Assembly: GCA_013239625.1 (NCBI GenBank) | Contig: MU053561.1 | Span: 5,692,439 to 5,756,438 of the forward strand | Reading direction: 5' to 3' | Origin: Lama guanicoe | Taxonomy: Eukaryota | DNA: 64,000 nt | Part shown: piece after piece, positions 37,546-49,854 of the stretch | How the letters are laid out: every line of letters starts with the position of its first letter | Position numbering within the stretch: the first letter of the stretch is position 1 | Position numbers and translations under genes: made by a program | The notes under the pieces: model-generated | What the model saw: only the letters and a program-made list of their open reading frames with translations | What the model was told of the DNA's origin: nothing | Database searches by the model: none

Positions 37546-37732
37546 ATAGGCCACCATGTCCAGCTGTGCAGGGTGTTCACTGCACAAAAGCACCCACTGT
37601 AGGGGACACTGGGGGCTGAGATGAAGCTCATTATCTACTAAGTACTCTCTAAGCCATGCAGTCTCGCACAGGCTACACCTGCCCAGAGAAGGCTTCTTTT
37701 TCTAGTGTGCACAAAGTCTCCCATGTACCAGG
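37546..37732. mobile_element. hAT-Tip100 MITE (MER91-like)
   Basis: ggccaccatgtccagctgtgcagggtgttcactgcacaa..tttttctagtgtgcacaaag. Confidence 0.55.
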
Positions 37733-37740
37733 GGAGATGA

Positions 37741-37927
37741 GTATATATAAAATATACAAACAACAAGGACTGACTGTAGAGCACAGGGAACTATATTTAT
37801 TATCTTGTAGTAACCTCTAATGAAAAAAATATGAAAACAAATATTTGTATGTATATGTATGACTGAAACATTATGCTGTACACCAGAAATTGACACATTA
37901 TAAACTGACAATTCAATAAAAAAAAAC
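37741..37927 (+). mobile_element. L1 3' end (short)
   Basis: tatatataaaatatacaaacaacaagg..gcacagggaactatatt..caccagaaattgacacatt..caataaaaaaaaa. Confidence 0.88.
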
Positions 37928-38039
37928 TTGGAAACTAACAAAAAGTACAGAAGGTTACCTTATATCTTAAATAAAAATACAGAGAAAAAAATCTTAATGT
38001 AACCATTAAACAAAAATTCTACATTAAAAATAAAATCTA

Positions 38040-38946
38040 ATACAAATGGCCAAAAGGCACATGAAAAAATGCTCAATGTCACTAGTTATCAGAGAAATGC
38101 AAAGCAAAACTACCATGAAGTATCACCTTACACCAGTCAGAATGGCCATAATTAAAAAGTCTACAAAAGATAAACACTGGAGAGGGTGTGAAGAAAAGGT
38201 AACCATCCTACACTGCTGGTGGGAATGTAGTTTTGTGCAGCCATTATGGAAAACAGTATGGGGATTCCTCAAAAAATTAAAAATAGACTTACCATATGAT
38301 CCAGCCCTGGGCATATATCCAGAGGGAACTCTAATTCGAAAACATACATGCACCCCAGTGTTCATAGCAGCACTATATATAATAGCCAAGACATGGAAAC
38401 AACCTGAATGTCCATCAGTAGGTGACTGGATAAAGAAGTTGTGGTATATTTATACAATGGAATACTACTCAGCCATAAAAAAGAATAAAATAATGCCATT
38501 TGAGGCAACAAGGATGGACCTAGAGATCGTAATTCTAAGTGAAGTAAGGCAGAAAGAGAAAGAAAAATACCATATGATATCACTCATGTGTGGAATCTGA
38601 AAAAAAAAAAAGAAAAGAAAAATGAGGACCCTAATGAACTCATCCACAAAACAGAAACAAACTCATAGACATAGTAAACAGTCTTATGGTTATTGGGGAA
38701 AGGTGGGAAGGGATAAATTTGGGAGTTTGAGATTTGCAACTGTTACCCACTATATATAAAAATAGATTGAAAAAACAAGTTTATACTGTAAAGCACAGGG
38801 AACTATATTCAATATCTTGTAATAATCTTTAATGAAAAAGAATATGAAAACGAATATATGTATGTACATGCATGACTGGGACACTGTGCTATACACCAGA
38901 AACTGACACATTGTAACTGACTATACTTCTATTCCAAAAAAAAAAA
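38040..38946 (+). mobile_element. young 5'-truncated camelid L1; open ORF2 C-terminal remnant 38046-38600
   Basis: 184-aa frame [50 protein letters not shown] is the L1 ORF2 C-terminal cysteine-rich region; 3'UTR and polyA follow. Confidence 0.95.
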
Positions 38947-41324
38947 GTCAACAAAGTAAAATTTTTTTTAAAAGTAGAATGAAAGAGAAAGAGAGAAACA
39001 AGGCTGAGGACAAAAGGCACCAGGTTATTAAGACATGAAAGCCCCCAAGGGCAGACGTGTTCAAATCCTTGCCCAAGTGTGTCCCCCAGGATAAAGAGAG
39101 CCATAAATACATCCAAGACACATCCACGGGCTAAAACAAAGAGAAAGGGTAACCATTGTCACTCCAGGGAGAAAGTAAACGATTTCCAAGAACACAGACC
39201 GCCCTATCTTGCACTGGCCTCATTTCTACACTACACTGAAGAACCTCATCAGGTAAAGCACATGCTTACAAAAGAAAGGCAGCACCTTCCCCTTCCCCCA
39301 CGTTGAAGAGTCAGCATCACTAGTTCACACAAATATATTTACACTGCAAATGCCTGTAGCTGAGCACTGGCCCTGCCGGACCAGCACAGCACCCAGGTAA
39401 GCCTGCGGCTATGGTGTTTTCTTGGGTATCTCCCTTTGCACATTCCTGTTTCTGAATCTGGTATGAATTCTGCGGGTGAAGAGAAAGGGAAAGGGAATCT
39501 GTAAGGCTGCAAGACTCTCAAAGCTGAAAAATAAAGATCAGTGGCAATCCCTGGCCCTCCCGTACCTGATCCCTACTTACTGGCTTCCCTATACTTGGCA
39601 AAACAATTAAAAAGGGCTTTGGCTTTAGGATCAACTTTTTTTTTTTTCTTTAGGAGTCAATACTACAACATGCATCTCCCCCGGCTGACCCACATTTTAT
39701 TGGCATGCTGATAACTCAGCGCTCTTTAAGAATTTAACTCACCAATAGGACCAGGAAATAACTGTAACCTCTGCTTACCTGCCCAAGGGGCTCAGATTAA
39801 GGATTTTATAAACATTTTGCTTTGTTTAGTATGTGTAATGCCTGGGAATAGCTATTACAATGAACCAACTGATAGTTTTACCTCAGGCCCACATCTTATA
39901 AGACCCATGGCCACGAGATGATATTAACAAAAGTAATCAACAAAAATGATGAGATCTAACATTACTTAGCAGGTGTTTCAGGAAAAGTGATACAGCCACT
40001 CACCTGCCACCCCACTGGGGAATGAGTCCGGCTTTGTGGGTGGGAGCTGGGAATTAGGGAAGTTCACACAGGCCACCTTCCTGGAACCTGTCCCAGGATC
40101 TCTGTCTTGTAACTGCTGGGGGTCTGCCAGCCACCCAGCAGGTCCCACCTGTGTGCTGGCCACCTGCCAGCTCTCAAAACCCCAGGTCCACCTTTGACTT
40201 CAGAACAGCCTTTTAATTTCTTTCAGGTACTCTCTCAACATCTCTGAGCTTGTTAACTTAACAAAATGAGAACAATACTCCCTGGTACTCTCTACCCCAT
40301 ACAATTCTTTTGGGGGTGTTTTTCTGTTTGTTTGTTTTTGAGATAACATACGCCAAGCACTTACTTAAAGAACCTGGCACATTATCAGATCCGCAGCAAG
40401 TCATAATCATCATCAATCTTAGGAGGAACAAGAGGGTAGAATGTAGGGGTTACTAGTCTGGGTCCTTTTCTGGTGTCCCTGCCCTGGGTCAACGAGCATC
40501 CCAGAAGTAAAGCAGAAAGTAGACCTCATCTCCTTGCACGCGATACACTGCACTTGGGGTAAGGCCTGTGTACCAAACACTTGGGGTGAAGATTGCTTTG
40601 TATTCACATCACTGTGGGACTAGAGGCTGAACACGGCCTTGAGAAAGGTGCCCATTTCTTGACCTGAATAAGCCCGTGAGTCTCCTGGAATAAGATACCT
40701 TCATCAATAATAAAGGTCTCTTTATACAGATAGGGCATAAGACACATAGCCACTTTTTTTTTCATCTGCTTCAAAGCACAAGAAGCAACCTTTAAGACGG
40801 TGCAATTTGACAGCCACACAAACAGAAACAGTAAAGAAAGAATCGTCGTCAGACTCCTGTCCAAACCCTCATGCTGTGTCACACAGCAGGGAGAGAAACC
40901 CAAACTGTCAGGCTTACATAGCAGAGGAGAAACAATTCAAATATCTTGTGCAAAAGGAAACAGGAGACTGCAGATCAGATGTTCAGGGAGTGACTCCATT
41001 TATTACCTCTGAAAATTGAGTTAGAAAAGCTTCATTAAGGCCTTGGAGTCAGAACAGGCTCTCATTTTTGCAAACCTAAACAAAAGCAAAAATTGGAGGA
41101 AAAGCCATTCCCCTCAGTGGATCTTGAGCTCCAGTCCCAAACCAAACCCAAAAGTAAACTGTTATTGTCACTGGCGAGATAATCCCTGAGTGATTTTGGT
41201 CCCCATACTCTGCCCATAATTAGTTTTACGAGAATCAGGGCTCCAGCCAGGGGAAAACATGATAGGCTGAGCATGAGAAAGGCTGACTATCTCCATGGAG
41301 GCTTGGTACAAATCCTGCTACCAC

Positions 41325-41897
41325 AGGCAGGATTTTCTTCCTACTGCAAGCAGCAGAAACCCACCTCAAAGGAGCATAAGCAGAGTAGGAGATTTATTGG
41401 CTCCTGTGAAGAGATGGATTCAGGGGCTGAAACTCTGTCTTTAAGGCTCCCTTTAGCTTTACATCTCTCAGCTGTGTTTCTCTTTGCTTGCTGGCTTTGT
41501 TTTCTCCAGGTTGAGCTTTCCTCTGCGCCCCCTGTGCACTGGCAGAGATGGCTAAATGGAGCTCCAGAATTGCTGGTGGGAATCGTTATCCAAGAGGAGG
41601 GCAGAGCCACTCTCCTCTTGCGTCCATATCAGTGCCTGAAGCAGATTCTGACTGGCTGTGCTTGAATCACGTGCCCAACTCTGTGCCAGTCACTGGTGTC
41701 AAGGGTGAGAGGTCTATTCTCATTAGCCAGACTGAAGATAGGTACCCTCCCTGTGTTGGGGAAGGTGAGGTCAGCCCCACCTGAACCACATAGAATGGGT
41801 TCCCCAGAGGAGAAAGCAGTTTTATTTCCAGGAAATGGGGACTGGGGGGTGGAGGGCAGTAAGCTGGCCAGGCAAAAACAACAAAAATCTTCTACTT
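41325..41897 (-). mobile_element. MLT1K-type MaLR solo LTR
   Basis: tgcaagcagcagaaacccac..gatttattggctc..ctgactggctgtgcttgaatcacgtgccca..ggtcagccccacctgaaccaca..ggccaggcaaaaacaaca. Confidence 0.75.
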
Positions 41898-42875
41898 CTG
41901 GTCACTAGGAGAGCTCCATTTGGGGTGAGGGTGCAAACTGATATAACTAGATCCTGTCTCTACTAGAATAAATTCTAGACATTTAGAAAGAGGGTGAAAC
42001 TATTGGCCTTAAATCAGAACCTAGGTTTCCATGAAGAGTGATGAACCCTCTCCTACCCTCACCTCCTACCCACACGGGGACCAGAATGACTGCAATGTTG
42101 GGGGCATGGGCTTCTGTGCAACTCAGGGACAGTGGTGGTAACCTGGCCATGTCGCTTCCTTACCTCCCTAAAGAGCCAAAATAACATAACTGGCCCAGAT
42201 AGCCTGACTTCCTGCCAGGACCCTCCTCTGCTTTGCTTTGCCCTTTGCCTGCACTGCCCGCAGAAATGCATTCCCAGTTCCTGACCCCACCACAGCCTCA
42301 CTCCTCCCTGAGGGTCAGGCCACATGTTTACTAAACTAGCCAGACATTCCTTCTATTCCCCAGCACAGCCCCAGGCACCAAGGAGGTACTTGATAAATGT
42401 TTGTTGAAGCTCTTTCCCAGTAGGTGAAAGTACTTTGAGAAAAATTCAGAGGACAAGTGACCTGGTCTCACTATTGGTGGTTTAGCGTTCAACTGATGAG
42501 CACTCCATAGAAGACCTGGATGGGGTGTTCCAGAAGACACTCGCATGCGCAGAAAGAGACAAACACCCACAGCTCACACACACCTGTTTCCCCTGAGTTA
42601 GAAGCATTAAGTACTGACAACTCCTCTCCTACGAAAAGCCATTCCAAACCCAAGGGAAGACAGCTCGGTTATTTGCTGAACAAGAGAGGCAGAACAGCCT
42701 CAGAAGGTTCTGGGCCCGCAGCAGCATGAGGCAAGCTCAGAGTTTTGGCTGGTATCTCTGACTGCCTCTTGCCATGATGCTGTAATGGAAAACTCAGCAA
42801 GGCTGTTTCCTACCGTGTTGTAAACGCCCATCATGGGCAGTCCTGGGTGGGGCCAGAAAAATACTTACATTGTGC

Positions 42876-43230
42876 TGTTATGGGCTGAATGTACCCAAAA
42901 CTGATGTTGTAGTCCTAAGCTCAGTACCTCAGAATGTGGCTGTATTTGGAGATGAGATCTTTAAAGAGGTAATTAAGTTAAAATGAGGTCGATATGGCTG
43001 GTGTCCTTATAAGAGGAGGAGATTAGGACATAGAGGGAAGACAAGGTGAAGACACAGAGAAAAGGTGGCCATTTATACACCCAGGAGAGAAGCCTCAGAA
43101 GAAATCACTGCTTAACCTGACACCTAATCTCAAATTTCTCAGCCTCCAGAATGATGAGAAAATCAATTTCTGTTGTTTAAACCACCCAGACTATGGTATC
43201 TTGTTATGGCAGCCCTAACAAACGAATACA
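42876..43230 (+). mobile_element. MLT1B MaLR solo LTR
   Basis: tgttatgggctgaatgt..cagtacctcagaatgtggctgtatttggagat..tttaaagaggtaattaagttaaaatgaggtc..tgttatggcagccctaacaaacgaataca. Confidence 0.88.
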
Positions 43231-43430
43231 GCATACTTTACAATTTACAAAGCTGTTTTCTCATAACTGAGCTCAGTTAATTTTCACAACAATCCAGTTG
43301 AGTAGAGATTATCTTCATTTTATTGATGGAACACTGAGCCTAAGAAGCTATAAGCCTGAAGTCATACTGCTTGAGTGCCAGAGCCTTGGCTTGAATCCAG
43401 GCTTTCTGACTGCATATCCCATGTTCCTTC
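43231..43430 (-). mobile_element. MIR/MIR3 SINE
   Basis: tttacaatttacaaagc..ttttcacaacaatcc..cattttattgatggaacactgag..cttgaatccaggctttctgact. Confidence 0.65.
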
Positions 43431-44079
43431 CAATAGACCCACTTCCTATTTGCAAAGAGCTTGGTGCCACTGTTGTCATTTGTCTTTCGGTCCATCAGCC
43501 ACTTAGAGGCAGGTTACAATTGGTCCCCTTCATCTGGAGAGTGGCTAAGTGACTCGCTCTGGTTTACACAGTAAGTTGGCGGCAGGAATGGTACTAAAGC
43601 AGCCCCTGAAATTCTGGGTCATTGTTAAGTGATGATTTCTTATTTCTCTGGTTCACTCAGCCAAAGCCAGAGTCCAGGGCTCTCAGGCAGCGGCTTTGTT
43701 CCTGGTGCAGAACAGTAACTGGCCCCACCTCTAATGCCTACTTCAGGTAAGCCTGCTGCAGGCAATCCTGGAACTCAGATGCTGATCACCTGAGGGCTCC
43801 CCCGTTGTTTACCAGCCTCAGTGCAAGGATGAGATTGATTTGGCCCTTTAAAGACCTGCTTTCATCCGTCACCACCTACTGGGAGAAGTGTTGAACAAGG
43901 GGGTTCATCTGGGGTTTGCTTTCAACTTAAAATAGTCATGTTTTTTCCTGAGAATATTGATTGAAAAGTTGATATCAAAATAAACAGAGGAGCCAGACTA
44001 GCCAATTTCAGTGGTTTGAGTTCTTTTTCCTCTTGGGGTGGGGTGGAAGTGCATGATAGGTGCACACAGCAGGAGTCGG

Positions 44080-44400
44080 TATCAGAATACATAAAAGAAA
44101 GGGAAAATTGGACCCACAACCCCATCACCCCAATTTTTTCTCTTGGTGTTCCTTTCTGTCTTTGTCCAGATGCATGTGTAATTAATTATTACAGTTATAC
44201 TCATGGCAAAGGTGAGATTTTATATTTTCATTTTATCTCGATATAAGCATTTTGCCAAGTCACCACAAAATCTTCATGATTCTATTTTTTAATGGCGCAT
44301 AGTATCACTGGAAGTGATGGAACCCTCATTTGCACAACCATTCTTTCCTTAGTCATTAGGTTGTTTCCAATTTTTCGCTTCAAGTGATACATTACTTTGC
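44080..44400 (-). mobile_element. L1ME4-type 3' UTR fragment
   Basis: ttctatttttaatggcgcatagtatc..caaccattctt..attaggttgtttccaatttttcgct. Confidence 0.6.
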
Positions 44401-44465
44401 AGAGGGCAGAAATGCAGCAGAGTCTTGATTTAGCTGGGAGTTTTCTGGTATCAAACAGTGGCTGA

Positions 44466-44604
44466 GGGGGAGGGTATAGCTCACTGGCAGAGCCGGTGCT
44501 TAGCTTGCATGAGGTCCTGGGTTCAATCCTCAGTACCCTCATTAAAATAAATATGTAAATAAATAAACCTAATTAACTCCCCCTACATTAAAAAAAAAAA
44601 AAAA
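44466..44604 (+). mobile_element. Vic-1-type SINE with perfect 12-bp TSD
   Basis: gggggagggtatagctcactggcagag..gaggtcctgggttcaatcctcag..aaacctaattaactcccc+polyA; TSD aaacagtggctg 44453-44464 / 44602-44613. Confidence 0.92.
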
Positions 44605-45509
44605 CAGTGGCTGGGTGTCCCAGTGGGTAACACAGGAGTCGCCCCGCGGTCACGGTGACTGATGGAACGTTCAACATGGAGGACAGGCTGAGCGGGGAGG
44701 GCGGGCTGGAAGCCAGTGAGCTAGCACTGGGCATGATCACCCATTTTCCCACCAGACTTTCCTGCCTCTCAGGGATCCCTGGTGGCTAATCAGCTAGTGC
44801 TGAGGTGGGAAGCAGACTGCAAACGCAGGGTAAATGACAGAGGGTCCCATTTCGGCTACTGCAAGAAGCAGAACCAACAACAATCTACCTGGGGAGGTCT
44901 GTGCCTTCAACTCTTCCTGTGCCGCTGAGCACAGGGTCTCCTGAGGATAAACAGGATACTCGGGGGACATGATCGCTAATCCCAGCAACCTGAGCAGAAG
45001 AGAAATGGTGTACTTTGTTCATTTCATCAAATTGCAGTCTGTCTGACCTGATCCTGGCATATTTTCTGCTCCCCGGCAACTTCTGCCTGAGGAGACAGAA
45101 GTCCAAACCCAGACACAGCCTGGGCACAACCTCTCAGGTCCTGCCTGGGCCAGAAATTCCTTCTGGCTCTTGGGACTCCTCCCAGAGTTTCTTACCTGAC
45201 CCCTTTGGGAAAAGCACCCAGTCGATAAAAACTGCTGACAGCTTTGGGAAATGGAAACAAGCAGAAAGGCAGAGGATGTTCCCATCCCATTTCAAGTCAG
45301 CTCCATCTGGAGGCCATTCAAAATGCAAGCGCGCTCTTGCAGTCACTGGAGGCCAAGTTCATTTACTGTCTCCAGGTTACGGCAGTGGTCCCACCGCCTT
45401 AGAATGAGTTGAGTTTGGGAGTTTCGTGGCAGGGCGGAATCCTACAGAATTGACTCCATCATCCTCTTTATGGCCAATCTCAAGGTCACTCAGGGCTTGC
45501 CTCCAACTA

Positions 45510-45750
45510 GTAGTAATAGAAGCCAACAATGATAGACCATTTACTGCTAGATACTATGCAAAATGCTTTACATAAATATCTCAAATAATCCTCACAACTC
45601 TATGAAGAAAGGAGTGTTACTACCCTTGTTCTACAGATGAGAAAACTAAGGCTCAGAAGGTCAAGTAACTAATCCCAAGTCACAGAGCAGGACAGCAGTA
45701 CTAGTTAAGACTCAGATTCAGGCAGTGTGACTTAAGTGCACAAGCTCCCT
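45510..45750 (-). mobile_element. MIR SINE
   Basis: aatgctttacataaatatctca..aatcctcacaactctatga..tacagatgagaaaactaaggctcagaaggtcaagtaact. Confidence 0.8.
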
Positions 45751-45858
45751 GCTAGGGACACCTCCTCCGGCCAGCCTAGCCACACCATAGTAATAATAAG
45801 AATAACTGAACCCTTAGTAAGTGCCAGGCACTTTGCTAAGGCATTTACTTGCATTTTT

Positions 45859-46019
45859 AAAAAAAAATTATTTTTTTAAATTGTATTATTTAATTACTTT
45901 GTTTTGGTGTAGGAGGAGGTAATTAGGTTTGTTTATTTTTGATGGAGGTACTGGGGATTGAACCCAGACCTCACGCATGCTAAGCATGTGCTCTACCACT
46001 TAAGCTACACCCTCCCTCC
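45859..46019 (-). mobile_element. Vic-1-type SINE with 14-bp TSD
   Basis: Reverse complement ggagggagggtgtagcttaagtggtagagcacatgcttagcatgcgtgaggtctgggttcaatccccagtacctcca; TSD ttacttgcattttt/ttgcttgcattttt. Confidence 0.9.
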
Positions 46020-46104
46020 TTGCTTGCATTTTTTTAACTCTTCAATGAGGAAATAATCAGAGATGTTAATTCACTTCCCCAAAGTCACATGGTTAGTAAG
46101 TGAA

Positions 46105-46586
46105 TATGACAGAGACCATCTTCCTCTAAAATCCAATTTCTCCTTCTTGTAGAATAATAGACTCCCATTATTTGCTGATACGGGGCCTTATAGAATCAAG
46201 ACTATATTTGACAGATTTTGTTGAAGCTAGGTGTGCCCATGTGACTAAGTCATGGATAACACAATGTAGGCAAAAATGGTATACACGACTTCCTGGAAAT
46301 GCCAGCCTCCTCTCCTTCCCTCCTTCCTGCTGGCAGAATATGCTGACATGAGAGCTGGAGGGGTGCCATCTTAAACCATGACATGACCAAGGCCACAACC
46401 AGCAGAGCCCCAAGGTAGAAGGAGCGTGGGTCCCCGTGGACTTCATGGAACGGAAGCAACTCACCGCTTTGAAGGTAACCACCCCTCGATCTTTACATGA
46501 AAGAGAAATAAACATCTAACTTGGTTAAGCTACCATTGTTCTGGGTTTTCTGTCATTTACAGCCCAACCTAATCCTAATTAACATA
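46105..46586 (+). mobile_element. MLT1J-type MaLR solo LTR
   Basis: gctaggtgtgcccatgtgactaagt..gccatcttaaaccatga..agaaggagcgtgggtccc..gagaaataaac..aacctaatcctaattaacata. Confidence 0.8.
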
Positions 46587-46724
46587 GTGGTGGAGCTGGA
46601 ATTTAAACCAGTTTGACTCCAAAGGCCAAAATTAACCACTTCGACACACGATTTCTCCTGTACAACTCTACGCCCACATTGGTGCATCTCATTACCAGCA
46701 TCTTCTACTCCCTTCATTTGGAGA

Positions 46725-46990
46725 ATCGTTCCATAAATATTTACCAAGTGCCAGGCTCTGTACTAGGGAATAAACCAAGAATATAAATATGGGTAAGACT
46801 TGGTCAGTGCCCTTGAGGAGTTGGCAGTCCATCTTGGAAGACAGATGCCTAAGCAAATAAACAAAATACAGTGCAACGAGTCCTGTAATGAAGACATGAG
46901 CCAAATGCTGTGGGAGCACTGAGAGGAGTGACTCACTGCCAGAGAGGGTCAGGGGAGATTTTACCAAAGTGCAGCCTGTGAGCTGCACAC
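46725..46990 (-). mobile_element. L2 3' end
   Basis: aaatatttaccaagtgccaggctctgtactaggg..gcccttgaggagttggcagtc..tgctgtgggagcactgagagg. Confidence 0.75.
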
Positions 46991-47758
46991 ACTAAGTGGC
47001 TGCAAGAAAGTGTGACATGTACTTGGTTCTCATTCACCAGTACCTTGAAACCTTGAAACCACTGGCCTCCAATGACCAAACACCTTTTGTCTAGAAATGC
47101 AGCCGATTTTCCTTCCTCTGGAATTTTAGACTCGAATTCTCTAGCACTGGAGACTCCTGTAAACCCTTGGGAATCCAGGCTGTTTTTGTTTGCTCAGAAC
47201 CATGAAGAAAAATGTATGTGGGACCCCCCCCAACGCCAAAGCCCCTCACAACAAGGAAGAAAATGGAAGCAGGAAGTGGAAGGCCGCCAACAGGAGAGCT
47301 GGATAAATAAAAATTCCTCAGCATAACCGTGAAAGCCGGAATAAGTTCTGTCCGTAATTACTCTGTGCTTGGAAATGGTGTTTCCAACGTGACCTTTCTA
47401 CCTGCAGTTCTAACGGTAGAGCTGCTGTCAGTGTTAATAAAGCCCAGATCTGGCTCTCCCTGATTGGAGCCAATTAGAATTACCCGGAGAGGGCAGCCAG
47501 GGCAGCCTCGCCACTAATGAGGGCAGCTGATGTGCTGGCAATGGTTTATTTGCCCAGTGATGGGCGGATGGGAAAGCTTATCCCGCCAAGTGGTCTCCTC
47601 TTTCCCCCTCCCATTGCCTCCAATAACTCTATTCAACTATTTCATGAGCACCAGCTTTAAATCAAGGCAATGAGATCTACTGGGGGAAAGAATATCTCCT
47701 GGATAATGAGGCCAACCAACACTTTTCCTCACTCAGCCTATATTTATTAAGCAAACGA

Positions 47759-48586
47759 CAGTAGTTTCCTCTTATCTGCAGGGATACACTTCGGGACCCC
47801 CCAGTGGATGCCTGAAACCCCGTGTATACTGTTTTTTCCCATATATACATGCATACCTATGATAAAGTTTATAAATTAGGCACAGTAAGAGATTAATAAT
47901 GAATAGCAAAATAGAACAATTATAACAATATACTGTAATAAAAGTTATATGAACCTGGTCTCTCCCTTCTCTCTTTCACTCTCAAAGTATCTTATTGTAC
48001 ACATTTAATGCCTTTTCCATCTTAACTAAGCACTTATCACGCACAGTGGCCGTAACTTTTGCAGTTTGAGGTGCGACAGCAAAACTACCACAAATTTCTT
48101 TTCCTTCTTCACAATTTCACAGATAGAAGACTCTTTCTTACCGTAGATGGTAGCTATCTCAGCATACGAGTTTTTTCTTTCCTTATTAATGGAGAACTTT
48201 CACCTTTTCACTTGAAGAAAGCACTTTACGGCTTCTCTTTGGCAGATCCGAACTGTGGGCATCACTACTCTTGCACTTCGGGGCCATTATTAAGTAAAAT
48301 AAGGGCCTTGAACACAATCTCTGAGATACCATGACAGTCATTCATATAACACAGATGGCTACAGAGTGACTAACAGGATACACTGGGCGCACGGATGATT
48401 CACGTCCCAGGCGGGTAAGACGGGATGAAGCAAGACTCGCGAGATTTCATCACGCTACTCAGAACGGCACGCAATTTAAACTTATGGATTGTTTATTTCA
48501 GAAATTTTCCACGTAATATTTTAGGACACGGCTGATTTCGTGTAACTGAAATTACAGAAAGCGAAAGGATAAGGGGAGAACCACTG
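47759..48586 (-). mobile_element. MER44 (Tigger7 deletion derivative, TcMar-Tigger)
   Basis: TIRs cagtagtttcctcttatc..gataaggggagaaccactg; internal ccagtggatgcctgaaacc, gagatttcatcacgctactcagaacggc; inserted in an L2 end (tatttattaagc|tactatgtgccagg). Confidence 0.88.
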
Positions 48587-48644
48587 TACTATGTGCCAGG
48601 AGAGGTGCCGGGGGCAGCACGTAATAACAATTTAGATACAGGCT

Positions 48645-49765
48645 GTGGCAAATTAACCATGAAGTTGATGACGCTTAACACTTTAGGGCCTCCCATTAGC
48701 AAAAGTTCTGGAAGGGACCCTAGCAATGTGTTCACGTGGTCATGCTTTTACAAACTTTGCAAAAGTAATGAGCTATTTTAACGACACTTAATTAAGAATG
48801 CTGTCTCTTTCCACTCAGACTCTCTCACACTTGCCCCAGCATAGGGTGGCACTGAGGTAGCATTTATGGGGTCTGGCTAAGGGCAAGTTAAGACGGGGAG
48901 ACAATTAGGTTTGCATTCTGTGGGGTATATTAGGTGGTTTGCAGTCACTTTTTAAGTAAGATTTTGCTAGCCGTCTCAGTGTGCAAACGGCTTCCAGGAA
49001 TCCTCCTACTGACTATGGTGCCTGCTCACGTGGCATGTGGCACTGAGCAGCAGGGCCAAAGATCATATCGGATTTGAATGTGTCCTACAGAAACTGGCAC
49101 TGGAAGTGCGTGGGTAGTGGAGGAGAGACAAGATCTGAATTGTACAGAGCCAAAAGCTAGCTATGGGAAATTCTTCCAAACATCAGATGTGTAAAATTAT
49201 AAATATAGGATTCAGTTTTCACAGATATTTAGTCATATACACTAGGAATATTCCATAATACAGCGATGCAATTCCATGCCATACCTTTTTTTTTTCTTTT
49301 TTAATGACAATTATGCCAAACAGGGCTTATGAGACTATATCAGCAAGTATGTCTGGTTGTGAAGTCACATGTTTTATGTATCCCAACAGTCAATAATAAA
49401 CCTAATTTTTCTTAAGCTAGAGGAAAGACTTAATTCTCTTTCCTTTCCCTATAAAGAAAATATTACAAAACTGTTGCTATATAAAGAGGTGATAAAAGAC
49501 AATTCAGACAAAAATTGCAGAGGAAGAAAGCATTATAGCAGTGTGCTAAACAGTTAATTAATAAAAACATCGTATTATTATTCTGTATCTTATTACATTC
49601 ATGGAATTTTTCAGCTTTAAAAATTTTACAATTTGTTGTCATTTCCTTTCTCAATCTAAATAAAGATCAACTTTCACACCTAATTTTGTTTTTGTAATTT
49701 TTGTATTTTTCTTAAAGAGGGCCCTTCAAATTGTCTAAGTTTCAGGCCCTGCATACACCCCTGGA
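48645..49765 (+). mobile_element. Arthur1/MER69B-type hAT-Tip100 element with transposase C-terminal remnant
   Basis: accatgaagttgatgacgcttaa..gggaccctagcaatgtgttcacgtggtcat..gctgtctctttccactc; ORF 49369-49557 EERLNSLS..ENITK.L.Y.EVIK resembles the hAT dimerisation domain. Confidence 0.8.
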
Positions 49766-49854
49766 GCATACAGTCATGGTTTACTCCTTGTTGTAGTCTG
49801 ACTGGAGAATCCTATGGCCTCCCCCTGCTCTTGACATATGTGATCAGTGCCACT

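Larger units (their letters stand above)
45790..46650 (-). mobile_element. MIR SINE split by a SINE and an LTR
   Basis: gtgccaggcactttgctaaggcattt | aatgaggaaa..cacttccccaaagtcacatggttagtaagtg | gtggtggagctggaatttaaaccag. Confidence 0.65.

Noticed and set aside
38046..38600. 184-aa protein-coding gene
   Set aside because: L1 ORF2 C-terminal fragment of a 5'-truncated insertion, with no promoter or RT domain
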